From positions 2,045,722 to 2,077,721 of the forward strand of contig NZ_CP141615.1 in assembly GCF_035593305.1 (NCBI RefSeq): a stretch of DNA of 32,000 nt, written 5' to 3'. Both the position numbers and the translations under genes were made by a program. Below the pieces are notes generated by a model, which was not told the DNA's origin, did no database searches, and was given only the letters and a program-made list of their open reading frames with translations. This DNA is from Carboxydichorda subterranea (lineage in GTDB: Bacteria; Bacillota; Limnochordia; Limnochordales; Geochordaceae). Shown here piece by piece: positions 29,164 to 32,000 of the stretch (position 1 is its first letter; the number at the start of each line of letters is the position of its first letter).

Positions 29164-30105
29164 TCAGCCGCCGCGGTCGAACCGCCACAGGCCGGCGGCC
29201 CGGGCGGCGGCGAGCGCGGCCTCGTACTCGGCGCGCGTGATGCGGCGGGCGAGTTCGGGGAAGGCGCGAGGCTCGGCCAGCACGCGACCGGCCGGGTGAT
29301 ACTGGGCCATCAGGTTGACGTACGTGTCCGGCGACAGCTCCCGGGCCACCCACTGCATGATCTCGGCCGTTCCCGCGAGGCCGCCCGGCATGACCAGGTG
29401 GCGCAGCAGCACGCCGCGGCGGGCGAGCCCGTGCTCGTCGATGACGAGCGGGCCTACCTGGCGGTGCATCTCCTTGACGGTCCGGCGGGCTACCTCGGGG
29501 TAGTCGGGCGCCTTGAGCAGGCGGCGGGAGACGTCCGGATCCCACACCTTGAAGTCCGGCATGTAGATGTCGACCACGCCGTCGAGCAGGGCCAGGCTCT
29601 CCATGGAGTCGTAGGCCGAGGTGTTGTACACGAGCGGCAGGCGGAGGCCGCCGCGCACCGCGATGACCAGCGCTTCGAGCACCTGGGGGACGACGTGCTC
29701 CGGGGTGACGAGGTTGATGTTGTGGCAGCCGGCGGCTTGCAGGCGCAGCATGAGGGCGGCGAGCTCTTCGGCGGTGAGTTCCGCGCCATCGCCTGCCTGG
29801 CTGATGTCGAAGTTCTGGCAGAAGACGCAGCGCAGGTTGCACCACGAGAAGAAGATCGTGCCGGAGCCACGCCGGCCCCGCAGGCATGCTTCTTCCCCGT
29901 GGTGCGTAAAGGCGGAGGCGACCCGAGCCAGGCGCCCGGTGCGGCAGGCACGGCGCTGGTCGACCAGGCGGTCGGCGCCGCAGTTGCGGGGGCACAGACG
30001 GCAGGAGGCCAGCGCGGCGACCGCGCGCCCGGCCCGGCGCTCGAGTTCGCCGGACTCGTAGAGCGCCAGGTATGCCGGGTACGAGCTCGGGGTCGCCGTG
30101 GTCAT
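29164..30105 (-). CDS. Radical SAM protein, PflX-like (homolog of pyruvate formate-lyase activating enzymes, COG1313-type)
   Basis: The CxxxCxxC cluster motif is SWCNLRCVFCQNFDIS. An upstream Cys cluster (CRLCPRNCGADR) and the motif HNINLVTPEHVVPQ are present. Length is 313 aa. GGAGGAGG lies upstream of ATG 30105. Confidence 0.85.
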   Translation of the reverse strand: MTTATPSSYPAYLALYESGELERRAGRAVAALASCRLCPRNCGADRLVDQRRACRTGRLARVASAFTHHGEEACLRGRRGSGTIFFSWCNLRCVFCQNFDISQAGDGAELTAEELAALMLRLQAAGCHNINLVTPEHVVPQVLEALVIAVRGGLRLPLVYNTSAYDSMESLALLDGVVDIYMPDFKVWDPDVSRRLLKAPDYPEVARRTVKEMHRQVGPLVIDEHGLARRGVLLRHLVMPGGLAGTAEIMQWVARELSPDTYVNLMAQYHPAGRVLAEPRAFPELARRITRAEYEAALAAARAAGLWRFDRGG

Positions 30106-30459
30106 CCGCCCGGCCCCTCCTCCGGGGGAACGTCTTCACCGCGATCATACCGGCACGCGGCACCGATGAGCCTAACGCCGGGGCCCGAGGTTATCCTCCC
30201 GGCCGGAACGCCGGGTGGCGAACGGCGTGAGTCCGTGCGGGCGCCGGGGCCGTTCGTCGTGAGCGAATCCCGCGTGGCGACATCCCGGTCGAGGAAACGC
30301 CGGCCGCGGCAGCCTGTTACGCGAGTGACGCAGTGCGGACGGCATGAACGAGCTTACGCGGGCCCATGCCGGTGCCAAACGGGGTGTACACCGCCTTGCC
30401 GGGGCTACGTCATTGAGTTACGATTCTCCCGCACCTCGAGGCGAGGGCGGTGATCCCTC

Positions 30460-31620
30460 ATGGTTGAGCAGCCGCCGGGCGTGCCGGCCGAGGCGCTCGA
30501 GCGCTTCTCGGTAGCCGCGCGGAAGGTCGTGCGGCAGGCCACGGAGGAGGCCCGGTTACGTAACCAGCCGGTGGGCCCGTACCACCTGCTCGTGGCCGCG
30601 CTCCTCTCCGAGGAGCTCGCGCCGAAACTGGTCGGCAACCCAACGTGGATGCTCCATCAGGTCATGGCCCTGCTCCCGCCGAAGCCGCCCGAGTCCGAAG
30701 CGCCGGCCGAGCCGCCGGCGCTTTCCGACGAGGCGAAGGAGATCCTGCTCTCCTCCGTGAAGCGGGCCCGGCTGCATGGCTACCCCTTCGTGCTCGTCGA
30801 GCACCTGCTCGTGGCCATCGTGGACCGCCTCTCGTCGGGCCCGGATGCCCCGCTCGTGCAGCGCACCGGTCTCGCCGTCGAGGCCGCCATGGCCCAGGGA
30901 CATTTCACCTCGAAGGCCCGGGAGGCGGTGCGGGTGGCTATGGAAGAGGCCCGCCAGCGCAGCCAGCCCGTTGGCGCTCCACACTTACTCCTGGGCGTGC
31001 TCCGCTCCGATGGTGTTTCGGTGAGAGTCATCGAGGAGAAGGCCCGGCCTCTGCTCGCCGAACAGGTCGCCGCGCTCCTGCCGCCCAAGCCCGTCGAAGC
31101 CGGCGCGGTCTCCGACCCGCCGGGGCTGTCGCAGGAGGCGAAGGAGATCCTGCTGTCCGCTCTTCAGAAGGCCCGGCTCCTTGGCCACCGGTACGTGGGC
31201 ACCGAGCACCTGCTGCTGGCCATCGTCGACCGCTCCCCGGCGTACCCGGAGACGGCTCTGCTTCATCAAGCGGGGCTCACCCCCGAGACCACGACCCAGG
31301 AGATCCGGGCCGTGCTGGAGGGCGGCCCCCGCGATACGGTCGTCAGCGTGCGCCTGGATCAGGCAACGCTGCGCACGGTGGACGCGATGGTCAGGGCCGG
31401 GGTCGCACGCAGCCGGTCCGAAGCGGTCTTCTTGCTGGCTCGCAAGGGCATCGAGGCGCACGGCGAGATCTTCGTGCAGTTGCAGTCCAAGCTCGCGGAG
31501 ATCGAGGCGATCGAGGCCGAAATGCGCCGGCTGTTCGGCGCGGCCGCCACGACGCCGGAAAGCGCACAGAGCCCGCCTACGCCCGGCGGATCGGAGCCAC
31601 CGAAGCCATCAGGCGCTTGA
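30460..31620 (+). CDS. Protein with two tandem Clp_N (Clp R) double-repeat modules fused to a C-terminal ribbon-helix-helix domain
   Basis: Four Clp_N-type repeats are present: FSVAARKVVRQATEEARLRNQPVGPYHLLVAALL, LSDEAKEILLSSVKRARLHGYPFVLVEHLLVAIV, FTSKAREAVRVAMEEARQRSQPVGAPHLLLGVL and LSQEAKEILLSALQKARLLGHRYVGTEHLLLAIV. They are followed by a CopG/Arc-like segment, VVSVRLDQATLRTVDAMVRAGVARSRSEAVFLLARKGIE. Confidence 0.7.
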   Translation: MVEQPPGVPAEALERFSVAARKVVRQATEEARLRNQPVGPYHLLVAALLSEELAPKLVGNPTWMLHQVMALLPPKPPESEAPAEPPALSDEAKEILLSSVKRARLHGYPFVLVEHLLVAIVDRLSSGPDAPLVQRTGLAVEAAMAQGHFTSKAREAVRVAMEEARQRSQPVGAPHLLLGVLRSDGVSVRVIEEKARPLLAEQVAALLPPKPVEAGAVSDPPGLSQEAKEILLSALQKARLLGHRYVGTEHLLLAIVDRSPAYPETALLHQAGLTPETTTQEIRAVLEGGPRDTVVSVRLDQATLRTVDAMVRAGVARSRSEAVFLLARKGIEAHGEIFVQLQSKLAEIEAIEAEMRRLFGAAATTPESAQSPPTPGGSEPPKPSGA

Positions 31621-32000
31621 TGCCGGCGCCCTCGAAGGCCACGGTCAGGATGGCGTCGCGCCGCCCCGACGGGTCGACCGCCACCACCGTGCCCTCCCCG
31701 AAGCTGTCGTGCACGACCCGATCGCCCGGCTTCCAGCCGGGCGCCGGGCCGCCCGCTCCATCGGCAGCCCCCCGCCCTGTGGCCTGCGGGGCAGGCCCTA
31801 TGCTCGCCGCACCCCGGGCTGCCGCCCCGGCGCGCTGCGCCAGGCTGAGCGCCTCTCGCTCCACCCGCTCGCGCGACCACGTCTCGCTCACGTCCTCGAT
31901 GGCCTCCCGGGGCATCTCGTCGACGAAGCGCGACACGGGGTTGGCGACCAGCTGCCCCCACATCACCCGGCTGCGGGCGCACGTGAGGTAGAGCTTCTCC
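31577..32000 (-). CDS. pcrA: ATP-dependent DNA helicase PcrA/UvrD, C-terminal end (start lies outside the window)
   Basis: The minus frame stays open to the window edge. The sequence EKLYLTCARSRVMWGQLVANPVSRFVDEMP is the tail of helicase motif VI followed by the PSRF motif. The Tudor-like C-terminus is GDRVVHDSFGEGTVVAV...TVAFEGAGIKRLMASVAPI. Confidence 0.85.
   Translation of the reverse strand, partial: EKLYLTCARSRVMWGQLVANPVSRFVDEMPREAIEDVSETWSRERVEREALSLAQRAGAAARGAASIGPAPQATGRGAADGAGGPAPGWKPGDRVVHDSFGEGTVVAVDPSGRRDAILTVAFEGAGIKRLMASVAPIRRA

Noticed and set aside
30198-30404. A loose resemblance to ZTP (pfl-motif) or cobalamin riboswitch strings (GGGTGGCGAAC, CCGCCTTGCCGGGG, GAGCGAATCCCGCG)
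   Set aside because: Only fragments resemble the consensus as I remember it. The spacing and the key conserved blocks do not fit, and the orientation does not suit the radical SAM gene. An Infernal scan would be needed before making any claim.
30166-30453. A 95-codon ATG ORF ending 7 nt before the Clp_N-RHH start, which could be an upstream operon partner
   Set aside because: It has no RBS. The product is extremely Arg-rich and low in complexity (pI would be very high). GC3 falls off in its second half. It is the tail of a long frame antisense to the radical SAM gene. It is probably not coding, though Ribo-seq could overturn this.

Overview
The window is a very GC-rich bacterial chromosome segment (about 70% GC by eye, with GC-saturated third codon positions). 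As a result, almost every real gene is shadowed by long Arg/Pro/Gly-rich spurious ORFs on the opposite strand.

Gene content, left to right:
1. The 3' part of cas3, then a complete type I-E Cascade operon (cse1-cse2-cas7-cas5-cas6e, 1755-6235). No cas1, cas2 or CRISPR array follows cas6e. The operon runs straight into a convergent fur-family gene.
2. A minus-strand housekeeping block, ligA-gatC-gatA-gatB-fur (6363-12508).
3. A plus-strand block (12568-29020): an S11 D-Ala-D-Ala carboxypeptidase, a Crp/Fnr-type regulator, and a 13-gene type IV pilus cluster. The cluster order is pilA, pilB, pilT, pilC, pilM, pilN, a PilO/PilP-like fusion, a secretin-N-domain-only protein, the pilQ secretin, a PilX_N-like protein, two minor pilins and pilD. 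Many junctions are 4-nt overlaps (ATGA/GTGA/TTGA), which indicates translational coupling.
4. A PflX-type radical SAM gene (-), a gene encoding two Clp_N modules fused to a ribbon-helix-helix domain (+), and the 3' end of pcrA/uvrD (-).

Most interesting observations:
- A degenerate repeat-spacer-repeat unit (28-31-28 nt) with type I-E repeat architecture sits exactly between the cas3 stop codon and a near-consensus promoter for cse1.
- The first 8 nt of its spacer, preceded by an AAG PAM, match the DNA abutting that promoter. This resembles the published CreR/CreA-type self-regulatory mini-CRISPRs.
- The pilus cluster has unusual architecture: a secretin with a C-terminal beta-barrel-like extension ending in Phe, a separate N0/N1-only protein, two PilP-like domains, long prepilin leaders, and a low-GC mosaic segment.
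- The pilus cluster lies between pcrA and ligA, which are normally adjacent in Bacillota.

All family assignments come from motifs read by eye. No database search was possible.
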